The translations under genes were made by a program, and so were the position numbers. DNA of 35,901 nt from Candidatus Hermodarchaeota archaeon (GTDB lineage Archaea; Asgardarchaeota; Lokiarchaeia; Sigyniarchaeales; SOKP01): contig JBHLLP010000034.1 in NCBI GenBank assembly GCA_048885525.1, positions 1-35,901 of the forward strand, read 5' to 3'. Shown here piece after piece: positions 26,132 to 35,450 of the stretch (the first letter of the stretch is position 1; each line of letters starts with the position of its first letter). The notes under the pieces are model-generated. The model did not search any database. It was not told the DNA's origin and worked only from the letters and a program-made list of their open reading frames with translations.

Positions 26132-27179
26132 ATAATTTTTCTGCAAATTCCTTAATTTTTTCCATGGCTTCCTGTGTTTCAGGTAATTCAGGAGTCTGTT
26201 GAAACACATGGAGAGTGTTATCCCAAGTTTCCATGGTAATATCGACACCTGCTTCCTTAGCACGTTCAAAAAATCTTCGTGAATCATCAAAAAGCATTTC
26301 ACTTGTACTAACTTGAATTAAAATAGGAGGTAAGCCCTCTAAGTCGGCATAAAGAGGAGAGACTGATGGATCCAAGGGATTCATACCCGCCAAATGAGCT
26401 TCAATCCACCAGATGTAGCCCAAATCACCTAAAACAATATCTTTATAACAATTTTTCTTAACTGATTCACCTGTCTGTGCCATATCTGTTGAGGGTGATA
26501 AACAAATTGCTCCTAAAGGTAATTTATTTCCCTCATCGCGTAATTTAAGTAGAGTTAGAAGGGTGTAGTAACCCCCTGCAGAGTCTCCAGAGATTATAAT
26601 ATTATTAGATTCAAATCCAGATGAGAGAAGCCATTTATAAACAGAAACACAATCATCTAAAGCTGCAGGATGAGGTATCTCTGGAGCAAGACGATAATTT
26701 ATACTTAATACCTTAGTATTAGTTATTTTTGCAAAATTCAATGTAAATAATTTATGGGTATTTGTAGAACCCATAATATGGCCTCCTCCATGGATGTACA
26801 TTATAACTCGATCTTTTTTTGCTCCAGGAAAGAAATGCCATTCACAAGATACATCATTGGCTTTAATTGACTTTATTGTCGCTTCTTTTGGAACTGGGAT
26901 TAGCTTTTGCATATAGTTTGCATTATATTCCATATAAAATCGTAGATGCTTTGTTAAAAGTAACATCTCCTCCATTGATAGAGTACCTTTTACGTCTTCT
27001 CCGCTAAGCCAACTTCTATTGAGTTTACCAACTTTTTTCCAAATAGGCATATAAGCATCTCTTGTATAATTTGAAGTCTTGAAAAAAGCATCATTGACAT
27101 GATCTTGGAAAATTAGATGATTTTTACGGATTTCAATGATTTCAGGTCGATTTAATTTTAAAATATCAACTATAGGCAT
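26124..27179 (-). CDS. Alpha/beta hydrolase, hormone-sensitive lipase/acetyl esterase family
   Basis: HGGG oxyanion hole, NYRLAPE, GDSAGG, SPLYADLEGLPP, HVFQ. Confidence 0.92.
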   Translation of the reverse strand: MPIVDILKLNRPEIIEIRKNHLIFQDHVNDAFFKTSNYTRDAYMPIWKKVGKLNRSWLSGEDVKGTLSMEEMLLLTKHLRFYMEYNANYMQKLIPVPKEATIKSIKANDVSCEWHFFPGAKKDRVIMYIHGGGHIMGSTNTHKLFTLNFAKITNTKVLSINYRLAPEIPHPAALDDCVSVYKWLLSSGFESNNIIISGDSAGGYYTLLTLLKLRDEGNKLPLGAICLSPSTDMAQTGESVKKNCYKDIVLGDLGYIWWIEAHLAGMNPLDPSVSPLYADLEGLPPILIQVSTSEMLFDDSRRFFERAKEAGVDITMETWDNTLHVFQQTPELPETQEAMEKIKEFAEKLFK

Positions 27180-27232
27180 TTAACTTCACGTTATTATTAA
27201 TTACTTATTTCTTTTATAAATATCTTTTTAGT

Positions 27233-27458
27233 GCTATAACGATTGGCATTGATGGTCTAGATATTGGAACCTATACATATAATTGTACTGTATATGATAA
27301 AGTAGGTTATCGTGCTTTTGATATAGTCGTAGTTAATGTCACAGCTGAAGATGGAGAAGCACCAGTTATTCCATTTGGATGTTTTTTTAGTTTTTATGGC
27401 AATTGGTGTAATTTCAGTTATAATTAAAGAAAAAAGTGAAGCAAGTATTACGAATTAA
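27233..27458 (+). pseudogene. 3' remnant of a surface protein gene (Ig-like domain end + IPFG-TM-basic C-terminal anchor), frameshifted
   Basis: Own translation: AITIGIDGLDIGTYTYNCTVYDKVGYRAFDIVVVNVTAEDGEAPVIPFG, then after a shift in the T7 run (27382-27388) LVFMAIGVISVIIKEKSEASITN*. No start codon upstream; oligo-T tract follows. Confidence 0.65.
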
Positions 27459-27642
27459 ATTAAATATCTAATCTTTCCTTTTTTTTATAAATTTCCATAG
27501 AATATTTAGTCGTAATGAGCCCTATTTGAAAATCTTTATAAATTTCAATTTAATTTTATATTTTTATAAAGATTTTATTTTCAGATATTTTAGTAAGTTA
27601 GAAAAATTTCAAAAAAAAATACAAAAATGGAAAAATAGTATT

Positions 27643-28452
27643 ATGAGTAATAATTTAAACAGCTACCAGTGGTTTGAAATCTTCAAACATAAAGATTACC
27701 TTTATGTAATTCGTGAACGACTTGATGAGATTGATCCAAGATTTTATACAACTTACACAAATCTATATTTAGTTATTGGTTCTCATTATACTTTATTGAT
27801 TGATACTGGATGTGGTCTCTTTCCACTTAAACCAATTATAAACGATTTGATCGATGACAAGGAGCTATTAGTAGTTAATACGCATTCGCATTTTGATCAT
27901 ATCGGAGGAAATTATGAGTTTGATAAAGTTCTAATTCATAAAAAAGAGCGTAAATTAATTTCTAAGCCTCGTGATATATCATTCTTAAGTGATTCTCCTA
28001 AAGAAGTAACTAGGAAATATGAAAGTAAAAATTATATTATACCACCAGCTAAAGAGATCCAATCTGTAATAGATAGAGAAGTTATAGATCTTGGTGATAT
28101 TTCAATAAAAGTCATTCATACTCCCGGACATTCTCCTGGTTGTATATCTTTATTAACGAACAAACATGAACTTTTTACTGGTGATACTGCACATTATGGA
28201 GCAATGTATCTGACAAAATCAACTTTTCCGATTATTGTTTTAAGTATCTCAAAATTACTTGATTTATTTCAAGAAACTAAAAATATTGAAATCTATCCTT
28301 CTCATGAAGAATTTGCTGTAGATAAGGAATTATTAGTAAATCTAAGCAAAGGGATAAAAAATATTGATAATTTATGGGATTTAAGAATCAAAGATGAGTT
28401 CTTGGAAGCATGGTTATTATCTGATGAAAATTTTAAGTATGTGATATTTTGA
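27643..28452 (+). CDS. MBL-fold metallo-hydrolase
   Basis: LIDTG, THSHFDHIGG, HTPGHSPG, LFTGD, YPSH. Start moved to ATG 27643 (MSNNLNS). Confidence 0.9.
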   Translation: MSNNLNSYQWFEIFKHKDYLYVIRERLDEIDPRFYTTYTNLYLVIGSHYTLLIDTGCGLFPLKPIINDLIDDKELLVVNTHSHFDHIGGNYEFDKVLIHKKERKLISKPRDISFLSDSPKEVTRKYESKNYIIPPAKEIQSVIDREVIDLGDISIKVIHTPGHSPGCISLLTNKHELFTGDTAHYGAMYLTKSTFPIIVLSISKLLDLFQETKNIEIYPSHEEFAVDKELLVNLSKGIKNIDNLWDLRIKDEFLEAWLLSDENFKYVIF

Positions 28453-28577
28453 ATCATTCCAGATTTGTTTTATAAAGAATAATTGATAATAGATCTATGT
28501 CAAATATTTATAGATTTAATTATAATCGAAATCAAATTTTCACACTTAATTCTCAATTAAATTTGTTTGGGTAAAAA

Positions 28578-29966
28578 ATGTTGGATTATGATGTAATTAT
28601 TATTGGAGGGGGTGTAGGAGGTACAGCTATAGGAGCTATTTTAGCAACTAAAGGATTTAAAACTCTTCTAATAGAAAAAAATGAATTTGTTGGTGGACGT
28701 TGTAGTACTTATGAAAAAGAAGGTTTCAAGGTTGATGTGGGAGTTCATAATTTTGGAAGGACAAGTAGAGGTCCTCATGGTAAAGTTTTGAAAATGATTG
28801 GAATGCAGGATGCTATAGATTGGGTTTTATGTAGAAACCCAGGTCCAAGATGGTTTTATAAAGGCAAATTTTGGAAATTTCCACGAGAACTCAAAGAATT
28901 AATCCCAGATTCTGATTTTTCAAATCTTATGAAACTATTCAGAGATGTAATGAAAATGAAGAATTTAGAAGATTTTGAAAGAAAGAGCGCAAAATTCTTA
29001 CTCTCTAAATATACTGATAATAATCTAGTTCATACATTTGTCAATATCATTTCATTGTTATACTTTGTTGTTCCATATTACGAAACTTCTGCCAGTGAAT
29101 TTGTGAGGTGTTTATCATCTCTAACAATGGATTTTAGCATGGGGTATCCAAAAGGAGGATGTATATCAATCCCCTTAGCTTATTGTCAAGGGATTGAGAA
29201 ATCGGGAGGAATAATACAAACTAATCAATCAATCAAAAAAGTTGTAATAGAAAATGAAAAGGTTCAAGGAGTTGAACTCGATAATGGCAAATTTATATCA
29301 TCTCAATTAGTTGTTAGTAATGCTGGAATAAGAGAAACTATTAACGATTTAGTAGGTAGGAAATATTTTGAAGAAGATTACCTTCAAAATATAGATATAC
29401 TCAAATATTCAATAAGTGCTCTTACTTTAAAAGTTGCTTTAAAAAAACCAATTACAAATCTTAAGTTAGTAACATCTTTTTCATTAGAAAATCCTGAAGA
29501 AAGCTTCAGTTCATTATTAAAAGGAAAAGTACCGGAAGAGGTATTTCTTTTCGTCCCGATCACTTCAAATTATGATTCTAATTTAGCGCCAAAAGGAAAT
29601 CAGTTAATAATAGCTGGAACTGCTGTATCACAAGAAAATTTTGAAAAGAACAGAGATAGATGGATAAAAAATTCACTACAAAGCCTTGAAAAGATTTTTC
29701 CAGATCTTTCTGAGAATTTAATGTGGTACGATGTATCAACTCCGAAAGATATAGCAAATTTGGGTGGAAAGGAAGCGTCAGTTATTGGAATTGCGCAAAT
29801 GATAAATCAAACAGGTAATGATAGACCCTTTCCTAAATTACCGATAGATGGATTGTATTTAGTTGGAGGAGATGCAGGTGGATGGGGAATTGGAACAGAA
29901 CTGGCTGCTAAAAGCGCACTTGAATGCTCAAAAATGATACTTACAAAATATCATAAGATAAAATAG
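28578..29966 (+). CDS. Phytoene desaturase-like NAD(P)/FAD-dependent oxidoreductase
   Basis: YDVIIIGGGVGG, EKNEFVGGR, YPKGG, TPKD, IDGLYLVGGD..G.G. Confidence 0.85.
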   Translation: MLDYDVIIIGGGVGGTAIGAILATKGFKTLLIEKNEFVGGRCSTYEKEGFKVDVGVHNFGRTSRGPHGKVLKMIGMQDAIDWVLCRNPGPRWFYKGKFWKFPRELKELIPDSDFSNLMKLFRDVMKMKNLEDFERKSAKFLLSKYTDNNLVHTFVNIISLLYFVVPYYETSASEFVRCLSSLTMDFSMGYPKGGCISIPLAYCQGIEKSGGIIQTNQSIKKVVIENEKVQGVELDNGKFISSQLVVSNAGIRETINDLVGRKYFEEDYLQNIDILKYSISALTLKVALKKPITNLKLVTSFSLENPEESFSSLLKGKVPEEVFLFVPITSNYDSNLAPKGNQLIIAGTAVSQENFEKNRDRWIKNSLQSLEKIFPDLSENLMWYDVSTPKDIANLGGKEASVIGIAQMINQTGNDRPFPKLPIDGLYLVGGDAGGWGIGTELAAKSALECSKMILTKYHKIK

Positions 29967-29993
29967 CATGTTTAGCCTCAATATTGAAGGGAA

Positions 29994-30917
29994 CTATAGT
30001 TCTGTATCTTTTTTAAATTCAAATGTAATAAAAGCAGAATCTTTAATCCCCGCTTTTTTACTAATCTTTCTAATGTAATTTATCCTATTTCTTTTAATTA
30101 AATCATTAACAACTATCGTAGGCACTAAAGAAATGGTTAAGTAAAGTGGTAATCCCAACCATAAAATTAAACTAGGAATGTTAAAGATATTTCCTGGTAA
30201 ACCATAATTCTCAATAAATTTAGTTATAAAATCACTAACAACTAATACATAAGTAAATATAGCTCCAATACCAGCATAACTTCTAAGGATTGTTTGAAAC
30301 CAATCGCCAATGGAACGTAATACGATCGATTCATTAGAGTTTTCTATTTTTTGCTTATTTGAATAAATTATTCCTGAATCTTTAAGAAACCAAACTGAAG
30401 AAAAAAGTAATGTACTCAATCCTAAGGTAAACATCAGTAAAATGATATCTGCAAAAAATCTTGTTAGTATAGGGATTTTAGAAGCCGTATCAAATTCAAT
30501 AATAATATCGGTCGATAGGATAAACTGTACTATGGTTGGGGTTAGAAGGATTGAAGAAAGATTTATAGCCATAAGTACAGGAAAAAAACTCTTAGAAAAA
30601 AGATGTAACTTCTCTGATCTTTGTTCTATTTGAATTCCATAATACATTTTTGAACCATAGAATTTTTTATGAATATATAAAATAATTGGTGTTATAAGAT
30701 AACCTCCAATTAATAATCCAAATAATGAAGAAAGAGGAAGAATAATAATGAATATAAGAGCAAGTTCTAAGAGAACATCATTTAAAGGAACAAAGCGAGT
30801 TAACGCTATTGGAATCGTTGGTTTAAATAATTCTCTCAAAATGATTATTATAATTAACCAAAATACAATATAGAAAAAAAACAATATTAAAGGTATTTTA
30901 TACTTAGAAAGCTTCAT
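29994..30917 (-). CDS. Hypothetical polytopic membrane protein
   Basis: 307 aa, about 6 TM segments, motifs WFLKDSGIIY and LRSYAGIG; no recognised family. Confidence 0.7.
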   Translation of the reverse strand: MKLSKYKIPLILFFFYIVFWLIIIIILRELFKPTIPIALTRFVPLNDVLLELALIFIIILPLSSLFGLLIGGYLITPIILYIHKKFYGSKMYYGIQIEQRSEKLHLFSKSFFPVLMAINLSSILLTPTIVQFILSTDIIIEFDTASKIPILTRFFADIILLMFTLGLSTLLFSSVWFLKDSGIIYSNKQKIENSNESIVLRSIGDWFQTILRSYAGIGAIFTYVLVVSDFITKFIENYGLPGNIFNIPSLILWLGLPLYLTISLVPTIVVNDLIKRNRINYIRKISKKAGIKDSAFITFEFKKDTEL

Positions 30918-31105
30918 AATATGTTAAGCTAATTTTTAATTACTATTGAATATATAATTTTGATTTTAATTGATTTAAGAAGTTTAATTCAAATAAATAT
31001 ATATTTTAATTTATTACACTAAGCTAGTTGAGTTTTACTCTATATAAAATATTTAAATAATGATTAGTTCAATTTTTTTCAATAAAATTAAAATTTTCTA
31101 AAATT

Positions 31106-31295
31106 ATGAAAAACAAATATATTACTGTTTTGATTTTTGGGATATTATTTGCTAATACTATGCTTGTATTCAATCTAAATTATATCTTTGACAAAACATC
31201 GACCAATTTTTATAGATATAATTCAGTTTTAGTATCATCTATTAGTGATTCGTTATTAAATGATTGGAATTTTACGTGGGGAGGTTCAAATGGTG
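31106..31295 (+). pseudogene. 5' remnant of a secreted/surface protein gene (signal anchor + start of a WNxTWGG beta-propeller repeat)
   Basis: MKNKYITVLIFGILFANTMLVF...LLNDWNFTWGGSNG, after which the frame runs into the antisense of the nitroreductase (stop at 31366). Confidence 0.55.
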
Positions 31296-31299
31296 TGTG

Positions 31300-32109
31300 T
31301 TACACTAAGCCATTAATAGGTTTTAAAAGGCGTGGGGGCGATCGAACGAATTTTACAGCAGGATAGCCAATAGTGAAAGCTCCCATCATGCTTCCTTTAA
31401 GATTTGCTAACTCTTTTATTTTTGGATTAAATCCTATAGCTAGTTGAGTCCATCCATTCCAACAAGTACCTAGACCAAGAGCTTGTGCCGCTAATCTACC
31501 ATAAGTAATTATGATTCCAATGTTATTAGCACCCATTAGAATTCTATCCTCTGTAGAATCTACAAATATTATATGAGGTGCATCAAAATAAATGGGGCTA
31601 TGGAAAACTCTGCTAATAAGCCTGAATAATTCCCCAAATCTTTCGTTTTCTCTTGGATTGTTTAAAATAGCTTCTAAAACTGCATCATTTAGATTTTTCA
31701 TCTTATCTCGATCTGATAAAACAGAAAATCTTTCTAATCTTTTATTATCAGCTGTAGGTGCGCATGACATTGCTTCAAAAACTTTTTTTAGTATATCAGG
31801 TGGCACTTTTTTCTTTCTATATAATCTAGTTGACCGATTTGAGGCAAGAAATTTAAAAATCGTATCGTAAGAAGCTATAGTTTCTGGCTTTTTTACTCCT
31901 TCAAAAGTAAATGCCTCTCCTATACCCTCATAAAGGATTGCATCTTCAGGACATCTTGCAATACATTGTCCACATAAATTACATTGAAATTTTGGATTTT
32001 CAACATAGATGATTTTATTTTGATCAATATCCTTTCTAAATAAAAGACAATTAGTTAAACAAAGGTTACAATTACTACATTTTTCATAATCAATACCAAG
32101 TATCGACAT
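31300..32109 (-). CDS. Nitroreductase with N-terminal 4Fe-4S dicluster domain
   Basis: CSNCNLCLTNC, CNLCGQCIARCP, NRSTRLY, APTADN, AAQALGLGTCWNG, TIGYP. Confidence 0.92.
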   Translation of the reverse strand: MSILGIDYEKCSNCNLCLTNCLLFRKDIDQNKIIYVENPKFQCNLCGQCIARCPEDAILYEGIGEAFTFEGVKKPETIASYDTIFKFLASNRSTRLYRKKKVPPDILKKVFEAMSCAPTADNKRLERFSVLSDRDKMKNLNDAVLEAILNNPRENERFGELFRLISRVFHSPIYFDAPHIIFVDSTEDRILMGANNIGIIITYGRLAAQALGLGTCWNGWTQLAIGFNPKIKELANLKGSMMGAFTIGYPAVKFVRSPPRLLKPINGLV

Positions 32110-32277
32110 ATATTATACACTTTTTTTTTACAAATATACTTCTCACTTTTAATGATCCATCTTTTTTTAAGGTTTTTTCAACAGAGTAAATAATTTTCTT
32201 GATATCAAAACTATAAATAAATTGATTGAGTAAAAAATATTATATCAAATAATAAGAAAAAATTATATGGTAATTAT

Positions 32278-33162
32278 ATGACAGCTATTAGAGAAGAAGG
32301 GAAAATAAATGGGGATACAACTCTGATTGATATAAGAATGTTTACTGTTCCAAACATTACAGCTATTTATCTTATAGAAAGTGGGAAAACGTGCTTAATT
32401 GACGGAGGAACTCATACAGAAGCCCGTAAGATTCTCAAACAATTAAAAGTGTTAAATAAATTTCCTCCCGATATGATTATAATTACCCATTCTCATTGGG
32501 ATCATTGTCAAGCAATTCCTTTTTTAAATCAAAGAGCCAATAAAGAGGGAAAAGAAATTGAAATATTAGCTTCAGCTAAAGCTATTCCAAATCTTAGAGA
32601 TCAATCCTACAATGAAGTCTTTGGAACAGGTCCTTTTAATAACATTGAAGAAGAAATTATACCATTAAAAGAAGGAGATATGATTGATCTTGATGGAATT
32701 TCATTAAAAATTATTGAAACTCCAGGACACACGACGGATCATATTAGCATTTTCGATGAAAAAAATAAAAATTTATTCGTGGGTGATACACTTGGTGATA
32801 AAGTTTCGGATATAGTATTTATTCCGCCTTTCATGCCTCCTTATTGGAATAAGGATGATTATCTTAATTCTATCGCTAAGTTTAAAAGAATTAATTTTGA
32901 ATCTATAAGTTTAGCTCATTTTGGCACTGTTTATGAAGAAGAAGCTGTAAATATACTAGATGAATCGGTAAATAATTTTAATCTATGGTGGGAGAAATTT
33001 GAAGATAATATTGATCATATAGATGATATTCACTATATGATTGATAACGTCTTTGAAAATATAATACCAAAATCTGTTAAGGAGCAATATCCCGAAAGGC
33101 TAATTGAAGTTCTTGGTTTTTGGTTAAGCGAAGGATTCAAAGCCTCAAAATGTATCGATTAA
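32278..33162 (+). CDS. MBL-fold metallo-hydrolase
   Basis: LIDGG, THSHWDH, ETPGHTTDH, LFVGD, LAHFG. Confidence 0.9.
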   Translation: MTAIREEGKINGDTTLIDIRMFTVPNITAIYLIESGKTCLIDGGTHTEARKILKQLKVLNKFPPDMIIITHSHWDHCQAIPFLNQRANKEGKEIEILASAKAIPNLRDQSYNEVFGTGPFNNIEEEIIPLKEGDMIDLDGISLKIIETPGHTTDHISIFDEKNKNLFVGDTLGDKVSDIVFIPPFMPPYWNKDDYLNSIAKFKRINFESISLAHFGTVYEEEAVNILDESVNNFNLWWEKFEDNIDHIDDIHYMIDNVFENIIPKSVKEQYPERLIEVLGFWLSEGFKASKCID

Positions 33163-33180
33163 AATTCGTAAATTAACTAA

Positions 33181-33516
33181 TTATTTCTCACTTAATCCCG
33201 CTAATACTTGTTCCATTTTTTTTCGATAATGTTCAAACGCCTCTCTACCTCCTTTACTGAGCTTTAGCATTGTTTGAGGCTTTTTACCCTTAAATTTCTT
33301 TTCAATTTCTACATATCCAGCAGATTCGAGTTTACTTAAATGAGAAGATAAATTTCCATCAGTTAGACCAGTTTGATTTCTCAAGAAAACAAAATCAGCA
33401 CTCTCAACTACATATAAATACGACATAATCATTAACCTTGCTGGTTCATGAATAATTTTGTCAATATCGCTGAGAGGTTGGATAATATCGTCTGATTCTG
33501 TTTTCTTTTTTGCTAT
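33181..33516 (-). CDS. Winged-helix transcriptional regulator (HTH_34 / ArsR-MarR-like), 111 aa with ATA start
   Basis: IDKIIHEPARLMIMSYL...DFVFLRNQTGLTDGNLSSHLSKLESAGYVEIEKKF.GKKPQT...GREAF. The conserved IHEPAR helix lies upstream of the first ATG (33432). Confidence 0.88.
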   Translation of the reverse strand: MAKKKTESDDIIQPLSDIDKIIHEPARLMIMSYLYVVESADFVFLRNQTGLTDGNLSSHLSKLESAGYVEIEKKFKGKKPQTMLKLSKGGREAFEHYRKKMEQVLAGLSEK

Positions 33517-33519
33517 TTT

Positions 33520-34167
33520 TTATGACACCTCTTCTTTTGATAATGGGTACTTTTTTAAGAAGTGAATAAAATAATATAACCCAATTATAATAATTATACC
33601 TCCTATGACCCCAAAGGTAATAATTAAACCTAGAGGATTACCTACAATTGGATTTAGTAAATCAACAAAGAAAAATCCTAATCCTGCTGAAAAGGCATAA
33701 AAGTATAATCTTGTAAAATCGAGAAAATAAGCCATGACACAAAACGGAATAGCGAATATTCCAAAACCTAAAAATAATGTTATAAGGAAAGGTTGGATTT
33801 GGTTATAATCTATTAAGTCTGTAAGTCGTAGAGTAAATAAAATCAAATTTACAAGAAATACACATATTAAAAAAATTTTTAGCTTTAGTTGTTTTGATTT
33901 ACGTTTTGGTCCAAATTTAACATATCCTACACGAGGAATTGTTATATACTTTTTACCTAAAATAAATATCAGTAAAGCTATGATATTCCATATTAAAGAA
34001 GAAATTAGGGGGGCCAAGAGATCAAGTGATTCAAAAAGATGATTAAACAATGGTCCCACTCCTAAATTTAAGATTAGCATTCCAATGAACAAATCCCATA
34101 AACCATCATTAAATACAGATCTATATGCCTTTTTTTCAAGCGATTTCAAATCTATACTCTCAGTCAT
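33520..34167 (-). CDS. Membrane protein, paralog 3 of tandem array (215 aa)
   Basis: MTESIDLKSLEKKAYRSVFNDGLWDLFIG...ITIPRVGYVKFG...FLKKYPLSKEE. ATGA overlap with paralog 2 and SD GGAGGT. Confidence 0.8.
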   Translation of the reverse strand: MTESIDLKSLEKKAYRSVFNDGLWDLFIGMLILNLGVGPLFNHLFESLDLLAPLISSLIWNIIALLIFILGKKYITIPRVGYVKFGPKRKSKQLKLKIFLICVFLVNLILFTLRLTDLIDYNQIQPFLITLFLGFGIFAIPFCVMAYFLDFTRLYFYAFSAGLGFFFVDLLNPIVGNPLGLIITFGVIGGIIIIIGLYYFIHFLKKYPLSKEEVS

Positions 34168-34808
34168 ATTTTGGCAACCTCCTTTTTTGGTAGTGGATAT
34201 CTTCGAAGAAAACGAATGAAAATAACTATTCCCATAAAAAGGATAATTGCTCCTGGAATTCCATACGATATTGGCCATCTAATTCTGGAATCTATAACAT
34301 CATAGGTTAATTCATTGATAAAAATAGCTAACCAAATAAGCATTCCAATGAAGTATAATCGCGGAAATTTTAATAAATAAGCCATAATCACAAATATAGG
34401 CATAAAAAATAACCCTATAATAAGGATAAATGGAATTCCTTCTATGATTATTCCGGAATTATTTCCAATTACTAATAAAATTATAAATGTCATATGTATT
34501 ATGAATTGTACCGTCATAATTATCAATAACTTCTTTCCTGTTGATTTTAGGGATGGTCCTGGTTTAAAAATCCCTGTTCTTGGTAGAATAACATACTTAA
34601 AAATGATGAAAATCAGCAGACATGCTATAAGAACAAGTATTAAGGGCCACAAAAAATACCTATATGGTGAAGGTAGATTCTCGCGAAAAATTGGTCCGAA
34701 AGCCATTCCAACAACAATAAAACCGATCATCATGTCATAAAGACCATGTTGGTGCCCCATTTTAAGAATATTTTTTTCAATGTTCTTCAAATCTATAATT
34801 TCTGTCAT
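34164..34808 (-). CDS. Membrane protein, paralog 2 of tandem array (214 aa)
   Basis: MTEIIDLKNIEK..HQHGLYDMMIG...ILPRTGIFKPG...FLRRYPLPKKE. Confidence 0.8.
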   Translation of the reverse strand: MTEIIDLKNIEKNILKMGHQHGLYDMMIGFIVVGMAFGPIFRENLPSPYRYFLWPLILVLIACLLIFIIFKYVILPRTGIFKPGPSLKSTGKKLLIIMTVQFIIHMTFIILLVIGNNSGIIIEGIPFILIIGLFFMPIFVIMAYLLKFPRLYFIGMLIWLAIFINELTYDVIDSRIRWPISYGIPGAIILFMGIVIFIRFLRRYPLPKKEVAKI

Positions 34809-34811
34809 AAT

Positions 34812-35450
34812 TTAAGCCATCTCCTCTTTAGATAGTGGGTATTTCTGGAGAAATTTGATTAAATATATGATCCCCATAAGTATTATTATCCCACTAATAA
34901 GGCTAAATACTATTAATGTATCAAAAGGTCCTGGTATAAAAATTGAGAATAAGTCTGATAGAAAGAAACTTATTCCCACCAATATGCCATAAAGGTAAAA
35001 ACGGGGATATTGTATGAAATATGCTGCAAAACATACTGGAGCTGTTATAAAGAGTAACCCTAAAATTAATCCATCTAAGTATCCTGGAAATTCTATGATT
35101 AATTCAGGATTTGTAAATCGGATTATATATAGGACTAAAAGAATAACAAGGTTTATTGACAGTACAATGAGTGTTTTAAATTTGCGCCCTTTTCGTTTTA
35201 ATCCAAATTTTACTATACCTAATCTAGGTTTTGTAATAATTTTTTTCGCGGTTAAAAAAAAAAATAACCCAATTCCAATAAATGTGAATGTTACAAAGAA
35301 ATCGAAAGGATTAGGCAACACATGACTAAGACTCATACCCATACCAATCCCTAGAACTAATATACCAAAATAAATATCTAAAATTCCATCTTCGAAAGTA
35401 GATCTCCATGATTTTTTCTCTATTTCCTTTAAATCAATCTTTTCTGTTAT
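34812..35450 (-). CDS. Membrane protein, paralog 1 of tandem array (212 aa with ATA start)
   Basis: In-frame extension (I/M)TEKIDLKEIEKKSWRSTFEDGILDIYFG aligns with the paralogs' N-termini; ITKPRLGIVKFG; FLQKYPLSKEE. Confidence 0.8.
   Translation of the reverse strand: MTEKIDLKEIEKKSWRSTFEDGILDIYFGILVLGIGMGMSLSHVLPNPFDFFVTFTFIGIGLFFFLTAKKIITKPRLGIVKFGLKRKGRKFKTLIVLSINLVILLVLYIIRFTNPELIIEFPGYLDGLILGLLFITAPVCFAAYFIQYPRFYLYGILVGISFFLSDLFSIFIPGPFDTLIVFSLISGIIILMGIIYLIKFLQKYPLSKEEMA

Noticed and set aside
27228-31308. 6-bp inverted match ttagtg/cactaa at the edges of the 4-kb block
   Set aside because: Too short to be a terminal inverted repeat, and one copy lies within nitroreductase codons.
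34168-34278. 37-codon N-terminal extension of paralog 3 in the ORF track
   Set aside because: It overlaps paralog 2; paralog alignment and SD fix the start at ATG 34167.
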